IMG/VR virus record: IMGVR_UViG_3300008255_000170
Span: 1 to 49,957 of that record
Length of the DNA: 49,957 bases
Source: a virus
Taxonomy: Duplodnaviria; Caudoviricetes
Direction: 5' to 3' (one strand)
The notes below the pieces were generated by a model, which was not told where the DNA came from, did not search any database, and saw only the letters and a list, made by a program, of their open reading frames with translations. Of the stretch, positions 38,726 through 47,124 are shown piece by piece. The number at the start of each line of letters is the position of its first letter. Within the stretch, counting starts at the first letter, position 1. A program made the translations under genes and the position numbers.

Positions 38726-40423
38726 ATGTTTCCTAAAGCGTGTGTCCCATATCAATTACATGCTGCTAAGCCATGGGCCTATGATGCCGAAACGCTGCAG
38801 CCTTTGCTTGAAAACTTCAAGTGGTCAGAACTGACCGAACAGGACTATAGCCGCTATGGTTTTGTTTGCCCTCTGCCAACTTATATGCAGCAGGAAATTA
38901 CCGCCGAGGTATTGCCGCTGGTATATCAAGTTAACAATGTGCTGCTGTTTAAAATCCGCCGTGATGAACGAGTGATCCCGCCAAGCTACATAAACCAGTT
39001 AGTGAATAAAAAAGTCGCTGAGTTTGAAAAGGAAAACTGTACCGTTATTAGCAAAAAAGAGTATGAGGTCATTAAAGAGGAAGTGATTTTAAGTTTAATT
39101 AAGACCGCACCTTATAAAACGGATGTATCTAATTTCTGCATTGATATGGATAGTCGGATGCTGCTTTTCATGGGTACCAGCCGCAGCCGTGCTGAAAGTG
39201 ACCTTGCGCTATTACGTAAAAGCGTTGGCAGCTTGCCCGTGATGCCTGTTGATACTATGCCAATAGATGACCAACTTACTTGCTTATTAGCTAAGTATTT
39301 AGCACGTCAAGAGGAAGGCGATGATCACCCTGAATGGTTAGTGGTTGGCGATTTACTCATTGGCGACCGTTATAGCATGGTGCAGTGTAGCAATGGATCT
39401 AAAAAAGATGGTGAGAAACAATCGGGTACCAAAGCTGATTTAATGAGCCCACGGTTTGCTGCTGCACTCAATGAGAAGTTTGTTATTACTAAGCTTGAGA
39501 TAGGCATTGTTATTAATAGCATATCTGTTTATTTCACCCTTAATGCCAATGGATCATTTAGTGGTATTCAATGGCCGGGTGAGATTGTTTGGCAGTCTGC
39601 AGACGAACACGAGGATCCTATTGCTCGCTTTAATGCTGATATTTTACTGGGCGCAAGCTATCTGCAGGCCATTTGCCATAGCAGCTATAAGCAGATTGGT
39701 TATCGTGAAACCGGCTACGAAAAGCAAGATGAATTAGTGGCGCACCGCCAAGCGCTTGCTAAAACCTCAGGCTTTAAGTTTGCCTATATTCTGGCAGAAG
39801 AACAGCAGATCACCGATGCCGCCACCTTGGGCCATAAGCTTAAGCTGCAAATGGCCGAAGCAGTGGCATTAATGAAGCTGATTAATAAAGAGCGTGAGCT
39901 TGTAGCAAATAACATTGCCGAACATAGCGAGACACAGGCATTGCGATTGGCCGAAGCACAAAGCCAAATTAAAGAGGCATTGGAGCAAGCTGGCGGTGAA
40001 ATTACCGCGATTGATGGTATAGACACACTGTATTCTGCTGCAGTGGAATTTGTACGTGAAAGCCGCCGCGCCTCAGTGAGTGCTGTTCAGCGCCGCTTTA
40101 AGATTGGCTATAACCGTGCCGCTAGACTGATCGATATGATGGAAGCGCAGCAGGTTATTAGCGCTGCTGGGCATAATGGTAGCCGTGAAGTGCTGCAACC
40201 TCCCTCAGAAGTTACCAAGTCTATTTACCCACTAGAAGTGTTGGCAATAGTCGCGCAAGCCTTTAACGACAATCCTCATACCAAAACTGAGATCCGCACT
40301 CAGGCGTTATGCGATAAAGCCAATTCCATGCTGTTAGATAAACATAGCCAAGAAGATATCTTGACCGAACTTAATACCATGCTCGCTCGATGCGAGAAGG
40401 TTGAGGAATCTAAACAGCAATAA
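38726..40423 (+). CDS. rdgC: RdgC-family protein with C-terminal FtsK-gamma winged-helix domain
   Basis: [34 protein letters not shown] (RdgC); [25 protein letters not shown] (FtsK gamma). Confidence 0.85.
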   Translation: MFPKACVPYQLHAAKPWAYDAETLQPLLENFKWSELTEQDYSRYGFVCPLPTYMQQEITAEVLPLVYQVNNVLLFKIRRDERVIPPSYINQLVNKKVAEFEKENCTVISKKEYEVIKEEVILSLIKTAPYKTDVSNFCIDMDSRMLLFMGTSRSRAESDLALLRKSVGSLPVMPVDTMPIDDQLTCLLAKYLARQEEGDDHPEWLVVGDLLIGDRYSMVQCSNGSKKDGEKQSGTKADLMSPRFAAALNEKFVITKLEIGIVINSISVYFTLNANGSFSGIQWPGEIVWQSADEHEDPIARFNADILLGASYLQAICHSSYKQIGYRETGYEKQDELVAHRQALAKTSGFKFAYILAEEQQITDAATLGHKLKLQMAEAVALMKLINKERELVANNIAEHSETQALRLAEAQSQIKEALEQAGGEITAIDGIDTLYSAAVEFVRESRRASVSAVQRRFKIGYNRAARLIDMMEAQQVISAAGHNGSREVLQPPSEVTKSIYPLEVLAIVAQAFNDNPHTKTEIRTQALCDKANSMLLDKHSQEDILTELNTMLARCEKVEESKQQ

Positions 40424-40456
40424 AACCACCACAGTAAAAAATAACGAGAGAAAACT

Positions 40457-42070
40457 ATGGGCTTATTTGTAGATAATTTTGCGGGTGGCGGCGGTGCAAC
40501 CACTGGCATGGGCTGGGCAATTGGTCGCAGCGTTGATATTGCTATCAACCATGATCAAGATGCTATCGCTATGCACTCAGCTAACCACCCTGATACTTTG
40601 CACTATTGCGAATCGGTTTTTGATGTGGACCCAGTAAAAGCCACTGCAGGTAAGCCAGTTGATGCGGCGTGGTTTAGCCCTGACTGTACTCATTTTTCTA
40701 AGGCCCGTGGTAATACGCCTGTTAAAAAAGAAATTCGCGGCTTAGCTTGGATCGTTATTCGTTGGATATTGAGAACACGCCCTAAATTAATCCCATTAGA
40801 AAATGTTGAGGAATTTAAAACGTGGGGGCCGTTGATTGGTGAAGGTAGTCAAAATCAACGTCCTGATCCTGCTCGTAAAGGTGAAACGTTTGAAGCCTTC
40901 AAAGCTATAATTACTACTGGTATCGCTGCTGATCACCCTGCTTTAGCTGAGTGCGTTGAAACCTTAGGGTTAAGCAATCAAGATAGAGACAAGTTGATCA
41001 AAGGGCTAGGCTATAAAGTGGATTTTCGCGAGCTACGAGCCCGCGACTATGGCGCTCCAACTATCCGTAAACGTCTGTTTATGATTGCCCGTTGTGATGG
41101 TCGCCCAATAGTATGGCCAGCACCGACACATGGCGCCCCACATGATCCGCGCACTATTCGCGGCGAGTTAAAACCTTGGGTTAAAACTGCTGAAAAAATT
41201 GATTTTTCTTTGCCATGCCCAAGCATATTTATGACCAAAGAAGAAGCGAAAAAGCAAGGTATTAACGTCAAACGCCCTCTGGCCGATGCTACCCTAGAAC
41301 GTGTGGCCATTGGTACGATTAAGCATGTTTTAGAAACCCCTAACCCATTTATTGTTGAAATAGCTAACTGGTCAGGTAAAGGCACTAAGAGCGTTAATGA
41401 ACCTCTGAAAACCATCACTGGATATCCTAAAGGCGGCGCATTTGCTCTAGCGGCGCCAGTGATGATACAAGCAAATGGAGGCTTTAACGCCACACTAGCT
41501 TACTCGGTTGAGAATCCTTGCAGCACGATAACCACTACTGGTAGCCAGCAGTGGCTTGCAACAGCTTTTATGGTCCACTTACGTAAAAACATCAAGCCGA
41601 CTTCATTAAGTGACCCCATGCCAACTATCACGGCTGGCGGTACGCACCATGCTGAGGTCAGATTAACTCTTGTTGCACCAGGCGAAAGCGGTTTAACGGC
41701 AGAGCAAGAAGCCGGAGCCGTACAAGTCAGCGCGTTTTTGATGCGTTACTACTCAAACGGTGGCCAATGGAGTTCACTAAACGAACCATTAGCAACTATC
41801 ACCACTAAAGAGCGTATCGCATTAGTTACTGTCACATGGAACAACAAGACCATGGTGATCGTTGATATAGGGCTGAGAATGCTCACAGCCCGAGAACTTT
41901 TCCGCCTTCAAGGTTTTCCTGATGATTACATCATTGATGGTTATAACGGTAAAACGAACAAAACAAAACAGGTAGCAAGGTGCGGAAACTCGGTACCGCC
42001 GCAATTTGCAGAGGCCATTATCCGTGCAAATTTGCCTGAGCTTTGCACACAAACAGCCAAGGCGGCTTGA
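40457..42070 (+). CDS. DNA (cytosine-5) methyltransferase
   Basis: FAGGGG (motif I), FSPDC (IV), ENVEEF (VI), PTIRKRLF (VIII), LQGFP and GNSVPP (IX, X). Confidence 0.93.
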   Translation: MGLFVDNFAGGGGATTGMGWAIGRSVDIAINHDQDAIAMHSANHPDTLHYCESVFDVDPVKATAGKPVDAAWFSPDCTHFSKARGNTPVKKEIRGLAWIVIRWILRTRPKLIPLENVEEFKTWGPLIGEGSQNQRPDPARKGETFEAFKAIITTGIAADHPALAECVETLGLSNQDRDKLIKGLGYKVDFRELRARDYGAPTIRKRLFMIARCDGRPIVWPAPTHGAPHDPRTIRGELKPWVKTAEKIDFSLPCPSIFMTKEEAKKQGINVKRPLADATLERVAIGTIKHVLETPNPFIVEIANWSGKGTKSVNEPLKTITGYPKGGAFALAAPVMIQANGGFNATLAYSVENPCSTITTTGSQQWLATAFMVHLRKNIKPTSLSDPMPTITAGGTHHAEVRLTLVAPGESGLTAEQEAGAVQVSAFLMRYYSNGGQWSSLNEPLATITTKERIALVTVTWNNKTMVIVDIGLRMLTARELFRLQGFPDDYIIDGYNGKTNKTKQVARCGNSVPPQFAEAIIRANLPELCTQTAKAA

Positions 42071-42071
42071 T

Positions 42072-42209
42072 ATGATTTTCATAAATGCGATAGGTATTTT
42101 TTTATTATTTATATTTAGTTTTTATCGAAATGATAAAGGCGATTGGATATTAAACCTGCCTGTGCTTATAGGGCTGATTTGTACTCAAATTGCTTATTTT
42201 TTCAAATAA
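42072..42209 (+). CDS. Small membrane protein (45 aa)
   Basis: ATG 1 bp after the methylase stop; two hydrophobic stretches. Confidence 0.45.
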   Translation: MIFINAIGIFLLFIFSFYRNDKGDWILNLPVLIGLICTQIAYFFK

Positions 42210-42236
42210 ACCACCACAGTAACGAGAGGTAAAACC

Positions 42237-42542
42237 ATGAGCAAGATCCCTGCAGAAGTAAAACCCGTGTTAATGAGCGCAACGAACCAAGATGGCTGGA
42301 AGTTGGAAGATCTTATGCCTCAGTTAGCCATGGAGATTAAGGCTAAAAACGACAAGATAAAGCACGATACTCGGCCAGTATCAATTTTAGTGCAAAACAA
42401 TAATGCGGAAATTATTGAACACCTCTATGCCATTGAGCGCCTGCAGTGCCGTTCTTACGAACAACTGCGAACCCTTGGACCAGATGAAGGCCCACTCGGC
42501 CAGCCACGGATAGGTAATGAGGTGCCCCATGTTATCGCCTAA
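42237..42542 (+). CDS. Hypothetical phage protein
   Basis: GAGAGG RBS; PVLMSATNQDGWKLEDL. Confidence 0.65.
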   Translation: MSKIPAEVKPVLMSATNQDGWKLEDLMPQLAMEIKAKNDKIKHDTRPVSILVQNNNAEIIEHLYAIERLQCRSYEQLRTLGPDEGPLGQPRIGNEVPHVIA

Positions 42543-42645
42543 TGATGAAAGTGAGGAAAAAGGGGTTTGGGCTATGGTGGGCTTAGTGTTCACTATAGTG
42601 TTATTACTGGTTTATCCGGTGCTGGAAGCTAAGGGGCTGATATGA
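42529..42645 (+). CDS. Small single-TM protein (38 aa, not in the ORF track)
   Basis: GAGGTG RBS; MLSPNDESEEKGVWAMVGLVFTIVLLLVYPVLEAKGLI; ATGA-coupled to the next gene. Confidence 0.5.
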   Translation: MLSPNDESEEKGVWAMVGLVFTIVLLLVYPVLEAKGLI

Positions 42646-42899
42646 GCAATGAAAGTAAAGGGCTGCATTTTGATCACATTAATAAAGAAGGTATTGATAT
42701 TAATAAATCCTGCTTTATTCAGTTAGAAGGTTATATTGGCGAAGATTATGCTGCAGTTCTTTATAAGGCACATGATATTAGTTGCAAACTAAATATTAAC
42801 GTTAGCGTTGATCTTAATAATATTGCAGTAACAGTAAAGCCAGATAGCGATATTGAAACCATAGTAGATAAAATTATTGGTATCGCATCATGCAAATAA
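42642..42899 (+). CDS. Hypothetical protein
   Basis: 85 aa, AT-rich, coupled in operon. Confidence 0.55.
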   Translation: MSNESKGLHFDHINKEGIDINKSCFIQLEGYIGEDYAAVLYKAHDISCKLNINVSVDLNNIAVTVKPDSDIETIVDKIIGIASCK

Positions 42900-42901
42900 C
42901 A

Positions 42902-43540
42902 ATGAGTGAATCCATTCAGCAAGCCACGATAGCACATTTGGGAAAGTATCATCTGAGCCCATTAGTATGCACGTTAGATGTTGAAACCCATGGCCGCAGA
43001 GAAGATGCCATTATCGCCTCAGTAGGCTGTGTGGTGATCAATGTGTTTACGGGTGATGTAATGGGTACCTTTTACGCTCGCTGTATCACTGAGACTCAGC
43101 ATAAACGCAGTTGGTCGCGTGATGTAATGGACTTTTGGGAAGAACAAAAGCAAAAGTCCCCGGCGGCATTTGATGAAGTCTTCAACACCAAGCTTGAGCG
43201 CTATCCGCTTAAGGTTGTGCTTGAGCGATTAAATCAGTTTATACACTCCTCCTTTCCTTGTAACCCACAGGTGATGGGCAATGGTAGTGAGTTCGATAAT
43301 ATGATTGTTTCCCATGCATATACCGCAGAAGGTGTTATACAGCCATGGCATTTTAGGGGCAATCAATCGCTAAGAACAGTGGTATGGATGGGGCAGGTAC
43401 TGTTAGATATTGATCCTAAGTTCCAAGAGTTTAAAGGTATTCGCCACCATGCGCTTGATGATGCAATGCATGAGGCTAAGACGCTATTTTCTATTGTGTC
43501 GGCATTTGTGAGCGCGATAAAAGCTAAGGAAACTGTATAA
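42902..43540 (+). CDS. 3'-5' exonuclease, DEDDh family
   Basis: LDVETHG, GNGSEFD, HHALDDA motifs. Confidence 0.85.
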   Translation: MSESIQQATIAHLGKYHLSPLVCTLDVETHGRREDAIIASVGCVVINVFTGDVMGTFYARCITETQHKRSWSRDVMDFWEEQKQKSPAAFDEVFNTKLERYPLKVVLERLNQFIHSSFPCNPQVMGNGSEFDNMIVSHAYTAEGVIQPWHFRGNQSLRTVVWMGQVLLDIDPKFQEFKGIRHHALDDAMHEAKTLFSIVSAFVSAIKAKETV

Positions 43541-43576
43541 AATTTTATATGGGCGTTTCGCCCCAGTGAGGGAATT

Positions 43577-43912
43577 ATGATAAGTCATACTGATTACATT
43601 AAAGGCCAAACTGATGAACAGTTAAAACATTTAATTGAAGTTGCTACTGCGCGTTTAAAGGAAATTAAGTCAGCGGGAAAGGTTGTTATACATGGTGTTT
43701 TTTGTGGTCACGCAAACTCAAAATGGTTTACTGATAAGGCAATTGCTCAAGCACATTTTGTTGATAAGGCTAAAGACGAGTCTCTTAGACCTTACCCTGA
43801 AATGTCTTTGGAAAAAAGAGTCGTGCCTGTCGAAGAACTTGCTGATTATTTAGGTGAAGCTGAGGCTAAGGCATTTCTGGCAACAAATCCTGAAATTATT
43901 AAGCCTGAGTAG
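43577..43912 (+). CDS. Hypothetical protein
   Basis: GAGGG RBS; 111 aa. Confidence 0.6.
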   Translation: MISHTDYIKGQTDEQLKHLIEVATARLKEIKSAGKVVIHGVFCGHANSKWFTDKAIAQAHFVDKAKDESLRPYPEMSLEKRVVPVEELADYLGEAEAKAFLATNPEIIKPE

Positions 43913-43945
43913 CCCTATAAAAGTCTGTGCAGAAAAACACTTAAG

Positions 43946-44036
43946 CTGTACTAAAGTGTTGTGCTGTACCTAATTGTTTAATCTGTACGTAAATGTTTGT
44001 GCTGTACGTAAATGTTTAAACTGTACATAAATGTTT
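43946..44036. repeat. Five ~19-bp direct repeats, consensus CTGTACNTAAATGTTT
   Basis: CTGTAC at 43946, 43964, 43983, 44002 and 44021. Confidence 0.8.
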
Positions 44037-44051
44037 GTGGAGGTGTTACCC

Positions 44052-44657
44052 ATGGGCGAGGATAAATCAGTAGAGAAGCAGGTTAGCCCTGCAGTGCAAG
44101 AGGCGCTAGATTTGGCTAATAAGGCTAATGATTTAAAGGAAAAAATTGAGGAGGCCGAAGCCAGAGATAGCAATGATGTTGATGCAGTGATTAAGAAATT
44201 GGTGTTTTGTATTGAACAGCACACCTTGAATTGTAGGCAGTTAATCAGCCAGATTAGCGAGACATTGGCGCCTGGTGAGTCGAGTCAATTTCGCCGGATG
44301 AAGGCGTTAGACGATTTAGCACAGATAGATAGGCTTAATGAAATGCTGGCGTTAAAGATAAGTCATCGCCTTAGTGCTGGCCGCTATGATGGAATGGGTA
44401 CGCTTACACTACATCATGGGACAGATAAGATGGGAATTGATGGAGTGTTAACCTTTCCAAATAGTCGGTTTAAGATGGGTATTAAAGAAGATGATCCATA
44501 TCCACATTTAATTAAGGTTGATAATGTTTACACTGAAACGCAAAAAGCAGCAATGCGTAATATAATTGATTTTTTTAGTTTGAATAAATCAAGTTTAGTA
44601 TATCAACCACTATTACCTGCTGATCCTATTTTTGTTGATGACAATGTTAAAGATTAG
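44052..44657 (+). CDS. Hypothetical protein with coiled-coil N-terminus
   Basis: GGAGGT RBS before ATG 44052; own downstream terminator. Confidence 0.65.
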   Translation: MGEDKSVEKQVSPAVQEALDLANKANDLKEKIEEAEARDSNDVDAVIKKLVFCIEQHTLNCRQLISQISETLAPGESSQFRRMKALDDLAQIDRLNEMLALKISHRLSAGRYDGMGTLTLHHGTDKMGIDGVLTFPNSRFKMGIKEDDPYPHLIKVDNVYTETQKAAMRNIIDFFSLNKSSLVYQPLLPADPIFVDDNVKD

Positions 44658-44671
44658 GTTTTGTTTTTGCT

Positions 44672-44702
44672 AAAAGCCGCAGCTAGTAGATGCGGCTTTT
44701 TT
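44672..44702 (+). terminator. Intrinsic terminator
   Basis: AAAAGCCGCA-loop-TGCGGCTTTTTT. Confidence 0.7.
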
Positions 44703-44775
44703 CTTTGAGTTCACTCACCAACCTTCACAGATTACTAACACCTAGTCACCTTGCCGGCTTCCACCATCGTTTCGC

Positions 44776-44972
44776 CCTCTGGAAATTTTGGCTTGTCGGT
44801 TTTGCTTCCTTGCGTGGGCCTCTGGAAATTTTGGCTTGTCGGTTTTTCTTCCTTACGTGGGCCTCTGGAAATTTGGCTTGTCGGTTTTGCTTCCTTACGT
44901 GGGCCTCTGGAAATTTGGCTTGTCGGTTTTGCTTCCTTGCGTGGGCCTCTGGAAATTTTGGATTGTCGGTTT
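44776..44972. repeat. Tandem array of about 4.6 copies of a 42-43 bp unit
   Basis: CCTCTGGAAATTT(T)GGCTTGTCGGTTTTGCTTCCTTRCGTGGG starting at 44776, 44819, 44862, 44904 and 44946. Confidence 0.92.
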
Positions 44973-45087
44973 ACTGCAGCAGAATTTTTGCCGCTGAATT
45001 GGCCTAGCCAAGTTATTTAGCAATGGTGGCTGAGTGAATGGCGGCCATGGTGGGATCATCTGTATTCGTCACGGCTGAAAATAGTCC

Positions 45088-45117
45088 TTGCTACAAGTCC
45101 GATAATCGGACTATGAT
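45088..45117 (+). promoter_or_regulatory. Promoter/operator copy 1
   Basis: TTGCTA-18-TATGAT with the inverted repeat AGTCCGA-TAA-TCGGACT in the spacer. Confidence 0.75.
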
Positions 45118-45147
45118 TAACCAACACATAAACGAGAGGCGTTATCT

Positions 45148-45321
45148 ATGGATCCTAAATTATCAATCTATGTCAGCGGCGGCGGTGGCTTGTGGCATTG
45201 GGAAATTTTTAATGAAAACGGCGAGGATGCTAATATTCTGGCCAGCGGTTGCGACTATTCAGAACACGAGGCAGAACAGGCCGCCGCTGATAAGTTAGCA
45301 GAATTGGAGGCAATACAATGA
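45148..45321 (+). CDS. Small acidic protein (57 aa, not in the ORF track), possibly YegP/DUF1508-like fold
   Basis: AACGAGAGG RBS; MDPKLSIYVSGGGGLWHWEIFNENGEDANILASGCDYSEHEAEQAAADKLAELEAIQ; ATGA-coupled to the HTH gene. Confidence 0.65.
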   Translation: MDPKLSIYVSGGGGLWHWEIFNENGEDANILASGCDYSEHEAEQAAADKLAELEAIQ

Positions 45322-45533
45322 CCACGCAAACCATTATCGATCCTGCTGTGCTGGGATTAAAAAACGATGACCTGATCGCCCTGCTCGGCTGCTCTCGGTC
45401 CTGTTATTTTGATTATAAGAAAGATCCTAGTATCACCCCGCCCTATATCGCTGCACATTTTGAAACACTCAAAGCGCTTAAACAGGTATCAGAACAGGAT
45501 TTCAAAAAAAGAATTGAAAAGCTGAAAAAATAA
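45318..45533 (+). CDS. Small HTH protein, candidate repressor of the repeated operator
   Basis: GGAGG RBS; LGLKNDDLIALLGCSRSCYFDYKK resembles an HTH. Confidence 0.65.
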   Translation: MTTQTIIDPAVLGLKNDDLIALLGCSRSCYFDYKKDPSITPPYIAAHFETLKALKQVSEQDFKKRIEKLKK

Positions 45534-45534
45534 C

Positions 45535-45636
45535 TTGCACAAGTCCGAATATCGGACTAAATTGTTCGCTATGGGGCAAAACGCCCCGCCGCCACCACCA
45601 CACAGGCGGCCCACTAACTAACGAGAGGATCCAACT
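45535..45636 (+). promoter_or_regulatory. Promoter/operator/leader module copy 2
   Basis: TTGCAC-17-TAAATT, operator AGTCCGAATATCGGACT, two GC hairpins, TAACGAGAGG RBS. Confidence 0.85.
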
Positions 45637-46209
45637 ATGTCAGCATTAAATCAATTTTTTAAAATCGCTTTTACTCATCTTAACCGCGTTGATTCTCATA
45701 GCGTAATCGGATTCGGCAATCAGGCTCAAGCGCTGTGCTATGTGGCACATATAAGAAGGCACACAGCTATTTGGGATTATGTGATCACTTCAATTAATTC
45801 TGTGCCAATGGGCCTCAGCTATGGCGCTGAATTGGTCGACTTAACTGTATATAACAATGTTGAAATTAAAGGGCCAGAACATAACCCCGCCGAGATTAGC
45901 CAATATCACTATTTTTTAACTGAGGCAATTATAGGTAAGCTGCCAGAGGGGCAAAACCTCGGTGATCTTTTTGGTATGGGGGAAGATAGTTTTGTTTTAG
46001 CGCTTTATGAACACGCCATGGCATTTTATCTAGAAGGGGATCGCTTGTTCCGTGCTGGCGGTGATTTCCCCGGCGTTGTGGTTTATGACATTACAGACGA
46101 ATTAGCAGAATGTTTTTGGGCCATGGTTGAGGATTTAGAAGAATTGCCAGAGGTTGACGCTTTCGCTTTAGATGTTGCGCGAGTGTATGAAAAATATCTG
46201 ATCCGCTAA
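45637..46209 (+). CDS. Hypothetical protein with acidic C-terminus
   Basis: 190 aa with its own promoter, RBS and terminator. Confidence 0.7.
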   Translation: MSALNQFFKIAFTHLNRVDSHSVIGFGNQAQALCYVAHIRRHTAIWDYVITSINSVPMGLSYGAELVDLTVYNNVEIKGPEHNPAEISQYHYFLTEAIIGKLPEGQNLGDLFGMGEDSFVLALYEHAMAFYLEGDRLFRAGGDFPGVVVYDITDELAECFWAMVEDLEELPEVDAFALDVARVYEKYLIR

Positions 46210-46216
46210 ATAAATC

Positions 46217-46348
46217 GCCCTTTTAAATCAAAAGGGCTTTTTTATGCTTGCACAAGTCCGAATATCGGACTATATTTGATTCATGGGGTAACACACCCCG
46301 CCGCCACCACCACACAGGCGGCCCACTAACTAACGAGAGGATCTATCT
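46217..46348 (+). promoter_or_regulatory. Terminator plus promoter/operator/leader module copy 3
   Basis: GCCCTTTT-loop-AAAAGGGC-T7; TTGCAC(46248)-17-TATATT; same operator and leader as copy 2. Confidence 0.85.
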
Positions 46349-46630
46349 ATGACTCAATTCATCAAAGCGCCTGATCTGTGGAAAGAGCAAAATTATAACG
46401 CTGTGATCATGGGAATGTTAAAGCTGCAGGCTGGACAACGTTTTTACTGTGGCGATTCTGGTCGTAGTTCGATTTTTGTCGGTGTGTCGCCTGCTGGCAC
46501 GATTTGGGCGGTGCATTATGTGCCAAACGTAGGCTATGACTGGGAAAAATTCCGCAAGATGCGCCAAACCTTGGCGGGATTGCCTCAGTATGTGCCGCCG
46601 TTCCTGCGTGATGCGAGGGGGGCAGCATGA
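46349..46630 (+). CDS. Hypothetical protein
   Basis: 93 aa directly after the module RBS. Confidence 0.7.
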   Translation: MTQFIKAPDLWKEQNYNAVIMGMLKLQAGQRFYCGDSGRSSIFVGVSPAGTIWAVHYVPNVGYDWEKFRKMRQTLAGLPQYVPPFLRDARGAA

Positions 46631-46974
46631 TGACTGAATCACAATTCAATTTAACCCACGGCTTTTTTTTAGCGCTTTGCACCATGTTAAAGGCTGATAG
46701 CGTTGATCGCCGCAAGTGGGAAAAGGAAACAAAAGCCGCGGCGGAAATGATGGACAAGTCAGGGATCCCGTTCTCTCTGCAAAATTGTATCGCAGCGGCG
46801 GCGGCTGATGGGCATTACTTCCCTATTAGCTGGCACAGACTAGAAGAAGTAAAAGCCGCGCTTAAAATGCTGCCTGCTGATTTTGATACATTAGACAAGC
46901 GCCGCCGCATTCTATCCGTGACGTTAAGCCGACCAGTATCAAGCGCCGAGGTTATTGCCGCCAGTTTGCAATAA
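46627..46974 (+). CDS. Hypothetical protein
   Basis: GAGGGG RBS, ATGA coupling; 115 aa. Confidence 0.65.
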   Translation: MMTESQFNLTHGFFLALCTMLKADSVDRRKWEKETKAAAEMMDKSGIPFSLQNCIAAAAADGHYFPISWHRLEEVKAALKMLPADFDTLDKRRRILSVTLSRPVSSAEVIAASLQ

Positions 46975-46991
46975 TCACAATTAAAGCAAAG

Positions 46992-47124
46992 AGCCCTTTT
47001 TTATCAAAAGGGCTTTTTTACGCTTGCATAAGTCCGAATATCGGACTATATTTAACACATGGGGCGAATCGCCCCGCCGCCACCACCACACAGGCGGCCA
47101 TTAAATTAACGAGAGGATCAAATT
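46992..47124 (+). promoter_or_regulatory. Terminator plus promoter/operator/leader module copy 4
   Basis: AGCCCTTTT-loop-AAAAGGGCT-T run; TTGCAT(47024)-17-TATATT; same operator and leader. Confidence 0.85.

Noticed and set aside
43946-44036. LexA boxes in the CTGTAC repeats
   Set aside because: Only half sites; no ACAG at the required spacing
44776-44972. CRISPR array
   Set aside because: Units are contiguous with no unique spacers, and there are no cas genes
44690-45020. ORFs 44690, 44751 and 44788 as real genes
   Set aside because: They are translations of the tandem repeat in three frames, with no RBS; unit lengths of 43 and 42 bp do not preserve frame
45038-45298. 86-aa ORF from the track
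   Set aside because: It runs across the promoter/operator; the 45148-45321 frame has the RBS and translational coupling
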